DNA from: an uncultured delta proteobacterium
GTDB taxonomy: Bacteria > Myxococcota > Myxococcia > Myxococcales > Myxococcaceae
NCBI GenBank assembly: GCA_963776345.1
Contig: CAVZMH010000016.1
Location: forward strand, 288,001 to 352,000
Direction of reading: 5' to 3'
DNA: 64,000 nucleotides
In this document: positions 42,653-53,807 of the stretch, piece by piece
Layout: each line of letters starts with the position of its first letter
Position numbering within the stretch: the stretch's first letter is position 1
The notes under the pieces: generated by a model
What the model was told of the DNA's origin: nothing
The model's input: only the letters and a program-made list of their open reading frames with translations
Database searches by the model: none
Program-made: the position numbers and the translations under genes

Positions 42653-44302
42653 TCAGGCCCGCAGCCGGGAGATGACACTCCGGAGCTGGGACGCGCCCCC
42701 GAGGGCGGTCAGACCCAGGTACACCGCACCGAAGACCGGGACGAGCAGCGCGGCCACCAGGATGGGGTCCAAGGCGGGCGCGGGCAGCACCTGGGCCCCC
42801 CACGCCCGGGCCAGGGAAGGCGCCGGACCGGCCCGCTGGGTGAGCCACACCTTCCCCAGGAGGGCGAGCGCCCCGGCCACCCCCGCGCTCCCCCAGAACC
42901 ACCCCAGCCGGCGGGCGGGGATGCCCGTCTTGCCGATGCGGCGCGCCAGGGCCCGGCGGAGCAGGAGGTACTCGAGCCAGGCGGCGAACCCGGTGGTGGC
43001 GGTGATGCCCACCGCGCCGATCTCCACCGGCACCCCGAACCAGCCCGGCCCGTAGCGCACCGAGACGTAGGCCAGGACCGCCGAGAGCACGACCCGGATC
43101 GAGGCGAAGGCCAGCGGGGTGCGGGTGTCCTGGAGCGCGTAGAAGGCCGAGGCGTACAGCCGCCCCAGCGTCCCGGCCACCAGCCCCACCGCCGAGCCCA
43201 TCAGGAGGTACCAGAGCCACCGGGCGTCGGCGGCGTCGAACCGGCCGGTCTGGAAGAGGAGCGCCCCGAGCACGTCGCCGACGAGCAGGAAGGCCACCGC
43301 GGAGGGGACGACGAAGAAGGCGATGCGCTCCAGCCCCGTGTCGATGCGCCGGCGGAGCCGCTCGGAGGCCTCGGGCCCGAGCGCGGTCTCGCGGGCCAGC
43401 TCGGGCAGCTCGGCCGCCGAGACCGACATCCCGAACAGCGACACCGGGAGCAGCGCCAGGAGCTGGGTGTACCCGAGCACTGCCACCGTCTGGGGCGAGA
43501 TGAGCGACGCGTAGTAGGTGTCCACCAGCGCGCTCACCTGGACCACGCCGCGGGCCACCAGGATGGGGGCGAAGCCCTTGAGCACGGCGCGCATCGCGGC
43601 GCTGGTGGTGTCGAGCGACGGCCGGAAGCGCCCCAGCAGCGGCCAGAGCACCGGGAGCTGCACCGCGAACTGGAGCCCGCTCCCAGCCACCACCCCCCAG
43701 GCGAGGAGCGTGGTCAGCCGGTCCTCGTCCACCCGCGGCCCCGCTGCCACCAGCACCGCGATCTGCGCCAGGTTCCAGACCACCGGCGCGGCGTAGGAGA
43801 GGAAGAACTTCCGGTGGCTGTTGAGCACCCCCAGGCACCAGGCCGACAGCACCAGGAGCCCGGTGCTGGGGAAGAGGATGCGGGTGAGCTGGACCGCCTT
43901 GGCGAAGGCCGCCGGCCCGGTCTCGGCGAAGCCGCCCACCACCGCTCCGACGATCCACGGCGCGGCGAACACGCCGAGCGCCACCAGCACCGCGACCAGC
44001 AGCGAGAGGAGCCCGAACACCGCGCTCGCCACCCGGTCCGCGTCCTCGTGGCGGCCCTCGCCCAGGAGCCGGGCGTACACCGGGATGAAGGAGGCCGAGA
44101 GCACGCCCTCCCCGAACAGGTTCTGCAGCACGTTCGGAATGCGGAGCGCCGCGGTGAACGCGCCGGCCAGCGCCGAGGTGCTCAGGTAGTGGGCGAAGAC
44201 CCGCTGCCGGACGAGCCCCATCAGCCGCGAGGCAAGGATGCCCAGCGCCACCAGCGTGGCACCCCGGCCCGAGCTCCTGGTTGGCTCCCTGGCGTCGCTC
44301 AC
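42653..44302 (-). CDS. murJ: Lipid II flippase MurJ/MviN
   Basis: SRLMGLVR, RIPNVLQNLFGEGVLSASFIPVY, FYALQDTRTP. Confidence 0.93.
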   Translation of the reverse strand: MSDAREPTRSSGRGATLVALGILASRLMGLVRQRVFAHYLSTSALAGAFTAALRIPNVLQNLFGEGVLSASFIPVYARLLGEGRHEDADRVASAVFGLLSLLVAVLVALGVFAAPWIVGAVVGGFAETGPAAFAKAVQLTRILFPSTGLLVLSAWCLGVLNSHRKFFLSYAAPVVWNLAQIAVLVAAGPRVDEDRLTTLLAWGVVAGSGLQFAVQLPVLWPLLGRFRPSLDTTSAAMRAVLKGFAPILVARGVVQVSALVDTYYASLISPQTVAVLGYTQLLALLPVSLFGMSVSAAELPELARETALGPEASERLRRRIDTGLERIAFFVVPSAVAFLLVGDVLGALLFQTGRFDAADARWLWYLLMGSAVGLVAGTLGRLYASAFYALQDTRTPLAFASIRVVLSAVLAYVSVRYGPGWFGVPVEIGAVGITATTGFAAWLEYLLLRRALARRIGKTGIPARRLGWFWGSAGVAGALALLGKVWLTQRAGPAPSLARAWGAQVLPAPALDPILVAALLVPVFGAVYLGLTALGGASQLRSVISRLRA

Positions 44303-44391
44303 GGTCGGCGGCACTCTAGGGTCTCGAACGGCTCGCGGGGGTCCTCTTGACGCCGTGCGTCCGGGACCGCATGGTGGCCGGCTCGCCCCAC

Positions 44392-45790
44392 ATGGCAAAG
44401 GTTCTGGTCATCGATGACGAGGCGAACCTCCGGAAGGTGCTCGCCGCGCTGCTCCGCCGGGACGGCTACGACGTCTCCATCGCCGCAGGACGGCGAGGTG
44501 GGCCTGGCCGAGTTCCAGAAGAACGGCGCCGACGCGGTGATCACCGATCTGGTGATGCCCAAGCTCGGGGGGATGGAGGTGCTCCGGGCGATCAACTCCT
44601 CCGACCCCGAGGTGCCGGTGATCATCATCACCGCCCACGGCACGGTGGACTCGGCGGTGGAGGCCATCAAGCTCGGCGCCTTCGACTACGTCACCAAGCC
44701 CTTCGACCAGAGCGAGCTCTCCAACGTCCTGGCCAAGGCGATCCGCACCCACGAGTCCGCCCGCCGCAACGCCCGCGGCGAGCGCGGACGTCCCGCGCTG
44801 GTCGGCGAGTCGACCCAGATGCAGGAGGTGCTGCGGATCATCGACAAGGTCGCGGACACGCCGTCCACCGTCCTGATCACCGGCGAGAGCGGCACCGGGA
44901 AGGAGCTCATCGCGACCGCCCTGCACGAGGGCAGCTCGCGCCGCGACAAGCCGTTCATCCGCATCAACTGCGCGGCCATCCCCCGCGACCTCATCGAGTC
45001 CGAGCTCTTCGGCTACGAGCGCGGGGCGTTCACCGGCGCGGTCACCTCCAAGCCCGGGCGCTTCGAGCTCGCCGACGGGGGGACGCTGTTCCTCGACGAG
45101 ATCGGCGAGATCCCCGTCGAGATGCAGGTGAAGCTCCTGCGCGCCCTTCAAGAGAGCGAGTTCGAGCGGGTGGGCGGCATCAAGACCACCCGGGTGGACG
45201 TCCGGCTCATCGCCGCCACCAACCGCGACCTCAACGCGGAGATCGAGGCCGGCCGCTTCCGCAAGGACCTCTATTACCGGCTGGCCGTGGTGCCCATCAG
45301 CCTCCCCCCGCTCCGGGAGCGGCCGAGCGACATCGCCACCCTGGTGCGTCACTTCGTCGACAAGTACAACCGCCGCCTGAACAAGCGGATCGAGGGGATG
45401 ACCGACGAGGCCCTGACGCTCCTGCAGGCCTACGCCTGGCCGGGCAACATCCGGGAGCTGGAGAACCTGGTCGAGCGCACCCTGCTCTTCGCCGACGGGC
45501 CGCTCATCGGTGCGGACGATCTGCCTCACTCCGTGCGGGCCCCCGGCGCCGCCACCCCGGTGCCGGGGCCAGGCCCCGCGCCCGGGACGCTCCCGGCCCC
45601 CGCGGGCGAGAGCGGGCTCAAGGACATCGTCCGGCAGCGCGCCGCGGAGCTGGAGAAGGACCTCATCACCCGCGCCCTCGAGGAGACGGGGGGCAACGTC
45701 ACCCGCGCGGCGAAGCTCTTGCAGATCAGCCGGAAGTCGCTGCAGACCAAGATGAAGGAGTTCTCGCTTCGCGACGACGGCGACGAGTGA
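44392..45790 (+). CDS. Sigma54-dependent response regulator (NtrC/AtoC family); frameshift near 44486
   Basis: REC domain (VLVIDDE...ITDLVMP...KPF), [24 protein letters not shown], Fis-type HTH. Confidence 0.92.
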
Positions 45791-45812
45791 GCGTGGAGGC
45801 GGACGGGCAACG

Positions 45813-46893
45813 ATGCCGGTGAAGATGCCAGTGCTGGGCCAGCCGGCCCGGCGCAAGTCGGGTGGGCTGGGGTGGGTGCTGTTCCTCGTCGTCGCGGTGG
45901 CCGCGCGGGGGCTACCTCTGGCACCGGAAGCATCGCCCTCCCCCGCCCGTGGCCACGGTGCCGGTGGTGGCGCCTGCGCCGGTGATCAGCGTCCCCGGGT
46001 CGACGGCCGTCCCGGGCGCGGCGATGGCGCCGGTCCTGCCGCCGGTGCAGCCCGGCCCGCGTCACCTCGCGGTGCGCATCGACGGTGCGCTGGAGACGGC
46101 GCTGGTCGCCGGCGCGGGGACCGAGACCGGCCCGGCGCTCGCCCAGGTGGTGAAGCGCGTGCTGGTGTGGTGGGTGGCGGTCCCGGCCGACCTCCGCCGG
46201 GGCGACCTGCTCGACGTGCTCTACGAGCCGCAGCCCGGGCAGGAGCCGCTGGTGCTCGCGGTCCGGCTCCAGAGCGCGAAGGCCGGGCGCACCTTCGAGG
46301 CCTACCGCTTCAAGCCGTCGGGCGCGCAGTTCGCGCGCTTCTACGGCCCGGACGGCGACGACCTCGAGCTCCGGCTCGACCCCTCCCCGCTGGACAGCTG
46401 GGAGCAGATCACCTCGCTGCTCAAGGACGGCCGGAGGCACAAGGGCGTGGACTTCAAGACCCCGGTGGGCACGCCGGTGAAGGCCACCTTCGACGGGACC
46501 ATCACCCGGAAGAACTGGTTCTTCCGCGGCAACGGCAACAGCCTCGAGGTGACCGAGGCCGCGGCCCCGTCCCGGAAGGCCGTCTTCCTCCACCTCTCCG
46601 AGCTGCCGCGGACGCTCACCGTGGGGACCAAGGTGAAGCGCGGCGAGGTCATCGCCCACAGCGGCAACAGCGGGCACAGCTTCGCGCCGCACCTGCACTA
46701 CCAGCTGATGTCGGCGTCGGACCAGGTGCTGGACCCGTTCGACGTGCAGGCCACGCGCAGGGTCTCCCTCGGGCCGGCAGAACGAGTGGGGCTCACCGAG
46801 CAGGTCGCGAAGTGGCGGTCGATGATGACCAGCCCGGTGGCGGCCACGCCCGGGACGGCGCTCCAGGCGGGCACTCCCGCCGCGGCCCGCTGA
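45813..46893 (+). CDS. M23 family metallopeptidase with an N-terminal membrane anchor; frameshift near 45910
   Basis: HKGVD and PHLHY motifs; the TM segment lies in the upstream frame. Confidence 0.85.
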
Positions 46894-47059
46894 ACGAGCG
46901 ACACCAGCGGCAGTGTTCCCGATCTCTTGAGCGGTTGAACTCCCCTACAGCTCGGATTGCCGGCGCCGGTCGGAGAACTGCCACAAGTACATCTGCCGGC
47001 CGGTGCTTGAGGCCAAGATCGCGATCGCGCGCAGCTCAACCAGCAATGCATCCGCCCGG

Positions 47060-47887
47060 TCATCGCGCTCGCCCCGCTCCGAGCCGGTAGACCTCCGCGC
47101 TCGTCCACCCCGCCTGCCGCGCCACTTCGGTGGAGAGCGTCTTCAGTCGCTCGCCCCGCGCGAGACCTGCCTCGAGCGCTGCACGGACCTCGGTCTCGGT
47201 CCAGCGCGTCGCCTCGGTCCGACCTTCGACCAGCACCACCACCTCGCCCAGTGGCGGCGTGTCGCGGTACCGCCCGGCGAGCTCGGGCAGCGTCCCGCGT
47301 ACGAACTCCTCGTGCACCTTGGTGAGCTCGCGCGCCACCACGGCGCGGCGAGGCCCGAGCGCCGCCTCGAGGTCGGCCAGCGTCTCGCCCAGCCGGCGCG
47401 CCGACTCGTAGAGCACCAGCGTCGCCCGGAGGCCCGCGACCTCGTCCAGCACCGCGGTCCGGTCCGGCCCCGAGCGCGGCAGGAACCCGAGGAAGTGGAA
47501 GCGCCCCGACGGCAGGCCCGAGGCGCTCAGCGCGGCGATGACCGCGCTCGGCCCCGGCACCGGAACCACGGGGATGCCGCGCGCCACCGCCTCCGCCACC
47601 AGCGCCTCGCCGGGGTCGCTGATGCCCGGGCTGCCCGCGTCGGTCACCAGCGCCCCGTCCTCGCCGGCCTCGAGCCGGGCGAGGATGCCCCCCACCCGCT
47701 CCTTCTCCGCGAACGCCGGGAGGCTCAGGAGCGGCGCCTGGACCCCGAGCGACCGCAGCCACGGGCCCGAGTGCCGGGTGTCCTCGCAGACGACGAACGC
47801 CACGGCCCGCAGCACCTCGGCCGCCCGGGCGGTCACGTCTCCCAGGTTCCCGATGGGCGTCGCGACGAGGTGGAGGGTGCCGGCCAT
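47060..47887 (-). CDS. rsmI: 16S rRNA C1402 2'-O-methyltransferase
   Basis: LVATPIGNLGD, CEDTR, DAGSPGISDPG, ARELTKVHEE. Confidence 0.95.
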   Translation of the reverse strand: MAGTLHLVATPIGNLGDVTARAAEVLRAVAFVVCEDTRHSGPWLRSLGVQAPLLSLPAFAEKERVGGILARLEAGEDGALVTDAGSPGISDPGEALVAEAVARGIPVVPVPGPSAVIAALSASGLPSGRFHFLGFLPRSGPDRTAVLDEVAGLRATLVLYESARRLGETLADLEAALGPRRAVVARELTKVHEEFVRGTLPELAGRYRDTPPLGEVVVLVEGRTEATRWTETEVRAALEAGLARGERLKTLSTEVARQAGWTSAEVYRLGAGRAR

Positions 47888-47909
47888 GGTCGCCTGGCCG
47901 GCGACGCTC

Positions 47910-48281
47910 TCACATCCCGGCGTCGAACGCCCCGGGCAGGTGCTCGATGACCGCCGCCGTCCCCCGGCCGAGGACGGTCATCACGTCGAAGCGGATCATC
48001 CGCCGCGGCGCGGGGCGGCGTTGAAGGTAGCGGAGCGCCGCGCGCACCACCCGCCGCTGCTTCTCCCGCGTCACCGTCAGCGATGGGTCCCCGAAGCGCG
48101 CCGAGGTCCGCATCCGCACCTCGACGAAGCAGAGGAACTCACCGCGTTCCGCCACGATGTCCAGCTCGCCTTCCCGTACCAGCCAGTTCCGCTCGCGGAT
48201 GCGGTACCCCGCGCGCTCCAGCCAGGCCACGCACTGCTCCTCGGCCTCGGAGCCGAGCCTCGATCAATCCACCTCGCCCAT
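47910..48281 (-). CDS. YraN family protein with an in-frame TGA at codon 6
   Basis: MGEVD*SRLGSEAEEQ..WLERAGYRIRERNW..GELDIVA...FVEVR...RFDV. Confidence 0.85.
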
Positions 48282-48326
48282 CCCCCACCCCCGACCTCCG
48301 ACCTGCCGGGAACTGTACGGAGCGGG

Positions 48327-50180
48327 TCAGACGTTCAGGGAGCCCTCGGACAGCGAGGCGAACACCGGGTGGGCGGTGAGGTGGAGCAGCTGCGTCACGC
48401 CACCGATCCCCTTGAGCATCCGGCCGAGCATCGGCAGCCGCGCCTCGTCCATGCCGGTGGCCATGTCCTCCAGCAGCACCGGCATCGGCTCCTGGGCCAC
48501 CAGCTGCTCGATCAGCACCAGCCGGAGCGCGAGCCAGACCCAGTCCACGTCACGCGGGTCGAGCTGCCCCACCGGCACCGCGCGCCCCCCGACCCGCGCC
48601 GTCCCCTTCCCGTCGTGGCCGATCTCCAGGCCCTCCACCCGGCGCTCGGTCAGCGCGATCAGATACTGCGCGCACCGCTCGGCGAGCCGCGAGGCCAGAG
48701 TGGGCACGTCCAGCGCAAGGAGATCCGCCGCCGCGCTCACCAGCGCGGGCGTGAAGTCGTCGAGCGTCTCGGGCGCCGCCGCCGCCGGGACGCCCGGAGT
48801 CGAGACCCGCCGCGGGCCGGGGGTCAGGGCCTCCCGCATCCGCGCCATCTCCCGCTCCACCTCGCGCGCGTCACGCACGTAGCTGCCCTTCTCCGCGAGG
48901 CGGCCGTTGAGCGACACCTGCTCGGCGTGGAGCTCCGCGAGCTGCATCGCCGCCGCCACGTACTCCGGGTTCAGCTTCGCCGCGCCGAGCTGCCGCTCGA
49001 GCTCCGCCACCCGGGCGCTCCACTTCCCGTGCTCCTCGAGCGCGGCAACGATCTCGTGCGGCTGCTCGACGCCGAGGATCTTCATCGCGTTGCGGACCGG
49101 CTGGGCGTCGGTCTCGAACTGCTCGCGCACCTCCCGCTCGCGGTCGCCGAGCCGGTCCCCCTTGCGGACGGCCAGCTCGACCCACTGGAGGTCCTCGACC
49201 CGCTTCAGCGCCACCAGCGCCGCCAGGCCGAAGGCGGGGATGTCCAGCAGCGCGATGTACTTCAGCGGCCCGGTCACTGTGGCGCCGAAGAACAGCGCCG
49301 CGGCCCCCAGCGCCATCCCGGCCCAGAACCGCCCATCGCGCGAGAGCGGGGCCGGCGCGGGTGCGGTGGCCACGTCGAGCTGCCGCTCTGCCTCGAGCTT
49401 GGCGAACGTCTCGTCGACCTTCGCCACCAGCGCCGGGAAGGCCCGGGCACGCTCGACGATGTCGGGGATCAGCCCCAGCCCTTCCACGGTGGGCGCCTGC
49501 TGCAGCCCTCGCTGAGCCTCGGCAAGCTCCTGCTCCAGGCCCTGCACCGACTTCACCCGGGACTCCAGCTGGAACACCTGGGCGCTCACCCCGTCGGCGC
49601 GGAACTGCAGCCGCTCGACCTCCGTCGCGAGCGCCATCTCCTTCTCCAGCTCGGCCAGCCGTGCCCGGGCCTGCGCCGGATCCACCGGTGGCTCGGGGGT
49701 GGACGCGCCGCCGCCGGCCAGCCGCGACGACGATGCCGCCGGGCGCTTCGGCCGCTTGCTGGGGAGCTGCCCGGGGGTGAAGGTGAAGAGCTGCTCGTAC
49801 CGGCTGCGCGGGGGGAAGCCCACCTGCGCGCGGAGGAACTGGGCCATCTCCGACGGGTCCTCGGTGACGAGGTCGTGCCCGCGGGTGCTGGGGTTCACCC
49901 GGTGGAGGGCGCCCGAGCGGCCCAGCTCGCGGAGGATTCGGTAGGTCGCCCGGTCGCGCCCGACGATCCACAGCGCGGCCTTGCTGGTGGTCCCGCCCTC
50001 GGCCGACGCGTAGCGCGCATCCCCCCCGCGCCCGTCGGGGAAGCACAGCTCGGAGGTGAGCCCAACGAGCGGCGCCCCCGGGGTCTGGGGGAGCAACGTC
50101 CAGTAGCCTGGCTTCAGGGAGACGCGAACGCTGGGCAGGAACCCGCGGACGCCCTGGAGCGCGAACTCGACCCAGTGCAT
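48327..50180 (-). CDS. YhaN/SMC-like coiled-coil protein with two TMs and degenerate ATPase motifs
   Basis: N-terminal VEFALQGVRGF, coiled coils, central TM pair, C-terminal WLALRL...PVLLED...QLLHLTAH. Confidence 0.65.
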   Translation of the reverse strand: MHWVEFALQGVRGFLPSVRVSLKPGYWTLLPQTPGAPLVGLTSELCFPDGRGGDARYASAEGGTTSKAALWIVGRDRATYRILRELGRSGALHRVNPSTRGHDLVTEDPSEMAQFLRAQVGFPPRSRYEQLFTFTPGQLPSKRPKRPAASSSRLAGGGASTPEPPVDPAQARARLAELEKEMALATEVERLQFRADGVSAQVFQLESRVKSVQGLEQELAEAQRGLQQAPTVEGLGLIPDIVERARAFPALVAKVDETFAKLEAERQLDVATAPAPAPLSRDGRFWAGMALGAAALFFGATVTGPLKYIALLDIPAFGLAALVALKRVEDLQWVELAVRKGDRLGDREREVREQFETDAQPVRNAMKILGVEQPHEIVAALEEHGKWSARVAELERQLGAAKLNPEYVAAAMQLAELHAEQVSLNGRLAEKGSYVRDAREVEREMARMREALTPGPRRVSTPGVPAAAAPETLDDFTPALVSAAADLLALDVPTLASRLAERCAQYLIALTERRVEGLEIGHDGKGTARVGGRAVPVGQLDPRDVDWVWLALRLVLIEQLVAQEPMPVLLEDMATGMDEARLPMLGRMLKGIGGVTQLLHLTAHPVFASLSEGSLNV

Positions 50181-50250
50181 GCGAGAACACCGAGTCTAGC
50201 CCAGCAGCCCGGCCGTCAGGCGCAGGGGCGCCGTCTGTCCGGGCTCAGCC

Positions 50251-50730
50251 CTACGCGGCGGCGGTGGTCTTGCCGGCCTTGGCCTTCTTGCCCTTGGGAG
50301 CCGGGCCGGCGGAAGGGGCCTCAGGAGCAGCCCCGGTGGCGGGCGCAGTGGCCGGCACGGGAGCGGCGGCGTCCTCGAGAATCTCCTCCTGGGTGTCCAC
50401 CCGGCTCGCCTTGCCGCGGAGACCGCGCAGGTAGAACAGCCGGTTGTGCCGCACGTCGCCGCGGGTCAGCACCTCGATGCGCTCGTAGCGGGGGCTGTGC
50501 AGCGGAAAGATGCGCTCCACGCCGACCCCGTAGGACATCTTGCGCACGGTGAAGGTCGCCCGGTTGGCGCCCTTGGTCTTGCGGATGACCACGCCCTCGA
50601 ACGGCTGCACCCGCTCCTTCTCGCCCTCGCGGACCTTCCAGTGCACGCGAACTGTGTCACCGGTGCGGAACTCGGTGATGTCCTTCCGCAGCTGCTTCGA
50701 CTCGACGTATTCCAGGGCGCTCGGGCGCAT
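50251..50730 (-). CDS. rplS: 50S ribosomal protein L19
   Basis: [46 protein letters not shown]; Ala/Pro/Lys-rich tail. Confidence 0.97.
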   Translation of the reverse strand: MRPSALEYVESKQLRKDITEFRTGDTVRVHWKVREGEKERVQPFEGVVIRKTKGANRATFTVRKMSYGVGVERIFPLHSPRYERIEVLTRGDVRHNRLFYLRGLRGKASRVDTQEEILEDAAAPVPATAPATGAAPEAPSAGPAPKGKKAKAGKTTAAA

Positions 50731-50807
50731 GGCTACAGACTCCAACGGATGGGGAGCCGGGCCAGATAGCAGACGACCCGTCCTGTCGCAAGGCCAAGCC
50801 CCCGGAT

Positions 50808-51542
50808 TCAGAGGTCCTTCTCGGACATGGCCAGGAGGCGCCGGTCCTCGTCCGACAGGCCCGCACCGTCGAGCAGGTCCGGGCGGCGGGTCCGGGTGAG
50901 CTGGAGCTGATGCCAGCGCCGCCAGCGGGCGATGCGGGCGTGGTCGCCGCCCTGGAGCACGTCGGGGACGACGACGCCGCGGAACTCCGCCGGCCGGGTG
51001 TACTGCGGGTACTCGAGCAGCCCGCCCTCGAAGCTCTCGGAGCCGGACGACTCGGCGTTCCCGAGGACGCCCGGGAGAAGACGCGCCACCGCGTCCACGA
51101 CGCACAGCGCGGCGAGCTCGCCGCCGGTGAGGACGAAGTCCCCGAGCGAGACCTCCCCGTCGACGTACGCCCGCACCCGCTCGTCCACGCCCTCGTAGCG
51201 GCCGGCGACCAGGACGAGATCCGTCGGACCCGCGGCCAGCGCCCGGGCCATGCCTTGCGTGAAGCGCTCGCCCCGGGGCGAGGTCAGGAGCACCCGGGCG
51301 CTGGGGAGCGCGGCGCGGGCCGCCTCGATGGCGGCGACCAGCGGCTCGGGCTTCATCACCATCCCCGCCCCGCCGCCGTACGGCGCGTCGTCGGTCACCC
51401 GGTGCTTGCCCTCGGCGTGCTCGCGGATGTCCCGCGGCTCGACGCGGAGCAGGCCGCGGGCGCGCGCCTTCCCGAGGATGCTCGCCTCGAGGTACCCGGT
51501 CACCATCGCCGGGAACAGCGTCAGGATCTCCGCCTGCCACAT
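50808..51542 (-). CDS. trmD: tRNA (guanine37-N1)-methyltransferase
   Basis: [40 protein letters not shown]. Confidence 0.97.
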   Translation of the reverse strand: MWQAEILTLFPAMVTGYLEASILGKARARGLLRVEPRDIREHAEGKHRVTDDAPYGGGAGMVMKPEPLVAAIEAARAALPSARVLLTSPRGERFTQGMARALAAGPTDLVLVAGRYEGVDERVRAYVDGEVSLGDFVLTGGELAALCVVDAVARLLPGVLGNAESSGSESFEGGLLEYPQYTRPAEFRGVVVPDVLQGGDHARIARWRRWHQLQLTRTRRPDLLDGAGLSDEDRRLLAMSEKDL

Positions 51543-51554
51543 GGCCGCTGCGCC

Positions 51555-52073
51555 CTACTCCAGCATCTCCGGAGGCCGGACGACGAGCACCCCGGACTCG
51601 ATGTCCACCTCGGGGACGAATTCGTCGACGAACGGCACCACCAGGGGCTCGGGGCCGGTCCCCTGGATCACCAGATTGGGGACGGGGCCGGTGTTCCAGA
51701 CCTCGGTCACCCGGCCCAGCGGTGCGCCCTCCGGGGTGCGCGCCTCGAGGCCGACCAGGTCTCCCTGGAACCACTCGCCCGGGGCCGGCGGCGGGAGGTC
51801 CTCGCGGTGGACCAGGACGGTCGCGCCCCGGAACGGCTCGGCCAGCGAGCGCGAGGTGATGCCCGCGAGCGAGACCAGGGTGGCGTCGGCGGCCCGCCGC
51901 GCACGCGCCAGCTCGAGCTCGAGCTCCTCGCCCGAGCGCAGCCGGAGCACCAGCCGGTGCACGGTGGAGAGCGCCTCGGACCGGGGGTCGAAGGTGCGCA
52001 CCGCCAGCTCACCCTCGAGCGCGTGCACGCGTGCCACGTACCCCACCTCCAGCGTGGGGCGGGGCGGGCTCAT
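51555..52073 (-). CDS. rimM: 16S rRNA processing protein RimM
   Basis: [29 protein letters not shown]; operon position. Confidence 0.93.
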   Translation of the reverse strand: MSPPRPTLEVGYVARVHALEGELAVRTFDPRSEALSTVHRLVLRLRSGEELELELARARRAADATLVSLAGITSRSLAEPFRGATVLVHREDLPPPAPGEWFQGDLVGLEARTPEGAPLGRVTEVWNTGPVPNLVIQGTGPEPLVVPFVDEFVPEVDIESGVLVVRPPEMLE

Positions 52074-52360
52074 CCGGCCGGCGGAGGCTCGGGAGGCGGG
52101 GGCTGAGGCTCGGGCGCCGTTGCGCGCCGGTCATCCAGCACCTCCAGCCGCGCCTTCACCCCGCGCCTCTGGGCGGCGACGGCGAGCAGGGTCCGGATGG
52201 CGTTCACGGTGCGGCCGTCGCGGCCGATGACCTTGCCCACGTCCTCGGGGGCGACCTTCAGCTCGAACAGCGTGCCGCCGTCGGCCGGCTGGCTCCGCAG
52301 CTCGACCTGGTCCGGGCGGTCCACCAGTCCCCGGGCCAGGGACATCAACAGCTCCTCCAC
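52070..52360 (-). CDS. khpA: KH domain RNA-binding protein
   Basis: DVGKVIGRDGRTVNAIRTLL; lies between rpsP and rimM. Confidence 0.9.
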   Translation of the reverse strand: MEELLMSLARGLVDRPDQVELRSQPADGGTLFELKVAPEDVGKVIGRDGRTVNAIRTLLAVAAQRRGVKARLEVLDDRRATAPEPQPPPPEPPPAG

Positions 52361-52365
52361 GGCGC

Positions 52366-52617
52366 TCAGGCCTTGGGGGTCTTGCTGGCGCGCTTGATCA
52401 GCCCGGCCACGGTCTCGGACGGGGTCGCACCCGCCTTCAGCCAGTGCTCGAGGCGCTCCTGCTTGAACTCGATCTTGGGGGGCTCGAGGTTCGGGTCGTA
52501 CGCCCCGATCGCCTCGATGAACTTGCCGTCCCGCGGGTTGCGCGAGTCGGTGGCAACCACGTGGTAGTACGGCATCTTCTTTGCGCCCGCGCGCGCGAGC
52601 CGAAGCACGACAGCCAT
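52366..52617 (-). CDS. rpsP: 30S ribosomal protein S16
   Basis: LRLARAGAKKMPYY, DSRNPRDGKFIE, GATPSETV. Confidence 0.97.
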   Translation of the reverse strand: MAVVLRLARAGAKKMPYYHVVATDSRNPRDGKFIEAIGAYDPNLEPPKIEFKQERLEHWLKAGATPSETVAGLIKRASKTPKA

Positions 52618-52644
52618 GAATCTCTCCGTCCTTGGGAACGCGCG

Positions 52645-52673
52645 GGATTAGTCGTGGCTCGCCTGCTTGTCAA
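52645..52673 (-). promoter_or_regulatory. Putative sigma70 promoter of the rpsP operon
   Basis: TTGACA-17 bp-TAATCC on the minus strand. Confidence 0.55.
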
Positions 52674-52697
52674 GAAGGGCCCCGAGATGTCGAGGGT

Positions 52698-53807
52698 TTA
52701 CGCGGTGGCGCTGCTTGGGGGTTCTTGCGGCGTCGCGGCCGGCCCCTGGCGATTCGCGAGCTGGCCGCAGGCCGCGGCGATGTCCCGCCCCCGGTTCTCG
52801 CGGATGAACGCCGCCACGTGTCCCCGGGCGAGGATGTCGCGGAAGCGCTCCGCCCGCTCCTCGCCGGTGGTGAAGAAGCCGAGGCCCGGGTTCTCGTTGT
52901 AGGGGATGAGGTTCACCTTGGCCGGGACGTCCCGGAGCAGCTCCACCAGGCGCTCGGCGTCCGCGTCGCTGTCGTTGACCCCGCGGAGCAGCACGTACTC
53001 GAAGGTGATGCGCCGTCCCTGCCGCAGCGGGAACTGGCGGCAGGCCTCCATCAGCTCGGCGATGTTCCACTTCCGGTTCACCGGCATCAGCTCGTCGCGC
53101 TGGGCGTCGGTGGTGGCGTTGAGCGAGATGGCGAGCTTCACCTCGGTCTCGGCGCCGAGCCGGGCGATCATCGGCACCAGGCCCACGGTGGAGACGGTGA
53201 TGTGCCGGTGAGAGAAGTTGGGCCCGTCCTCGGACTGGAGGATGTGGAGCGCCTCCTTCAGGGCCTCGAAGTTGTGCAGCGGCTCGCCCATCCCCATGAA
53301 CACGAGATTGGTGAGCGGGCGGGTCAGGGACAGGCCCTCGTTCCGGGCGACCTCGCGGTTGACCGCGTGCACCTGGGCGACGATCTCCGCCGCGGTCAGG
53401 TTCCGCAGGAGGCCCAGCGTGCCGGTCATGCAGAACTTGCAGGCCATCGCGCAGCCGACCTGGGTGGAGACGCAGAGCGTCTTCCGGTCGGTCGACGGCA
53501 TGTAGACGCTCTCGATGAGCCGGCCGTCGCGGGTGCGCCAGCGGTACTTGATGGTGCCGTCGGTGCTCCGCTGCTCGAGGTCCTTGGAGAGCGGCTCGAG
53601 CGCACACCGCTCGGCGAGCCTGGCCCGCAGCGGCTTCGAGAGATCGGTCATCTGATCGAGGTCGGTCACCCCGCGCTGGTGGATCCACCGGTACAGCTGC
53701 CGGGCATGGAACGGACGCTCCCCCAGCTCGTCGACCACGAGGCGGGTGAGACGGTCGAGCGGGAGGCCGAGGAGATCGACCCGGGGGTCCTGTGCGGCGG
53801 ACGGCAT
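52698..53807 (-). CDS. rlmN: Dual-specificity RNA methyltransferase RlmN
   Basis: STQVGCAMACKFC, VFMGMGEPL, RGRDIAAACGQL. Confidence 0.96.
   Translation of the reverse strand: MPSAAQDPRVDLLGLPLDRLTRLVVDELGERPFHARQLYRWIHQRGVTDLDQMTDLSKPLRARLAERCALEPLSKDLEQRSTDGTIKYRWRTRDGRLIESVYMPSTDRKTLCVSTQVGCAMACKFCMTGTLGLLRNLTAAEIVAQVHAVNREVARNEGLSLTRPLTNLVFMGMGEPLHNFEALKEALHILQSEDGPNFSHRHITVSTVGLVPMIARLGAETEVKLAISLNATTDAQRDELMPVNRKWNIAELMEACRQFPLRQGRRITFEYVLLRGVNDSDADAERLVELLRDVPAKVNLIPYNENPGLGFFTTGEERAERFRDILARGHVAAFIRENRGRDIAAACGQLANRQGPAATPQEPPSSATA

Noticed and set aside
48264..48266. Selenocysteine recoding of the yraN TGA
   Set aside because: The position is not a Cys/redox site and no convincing SECIS was seen
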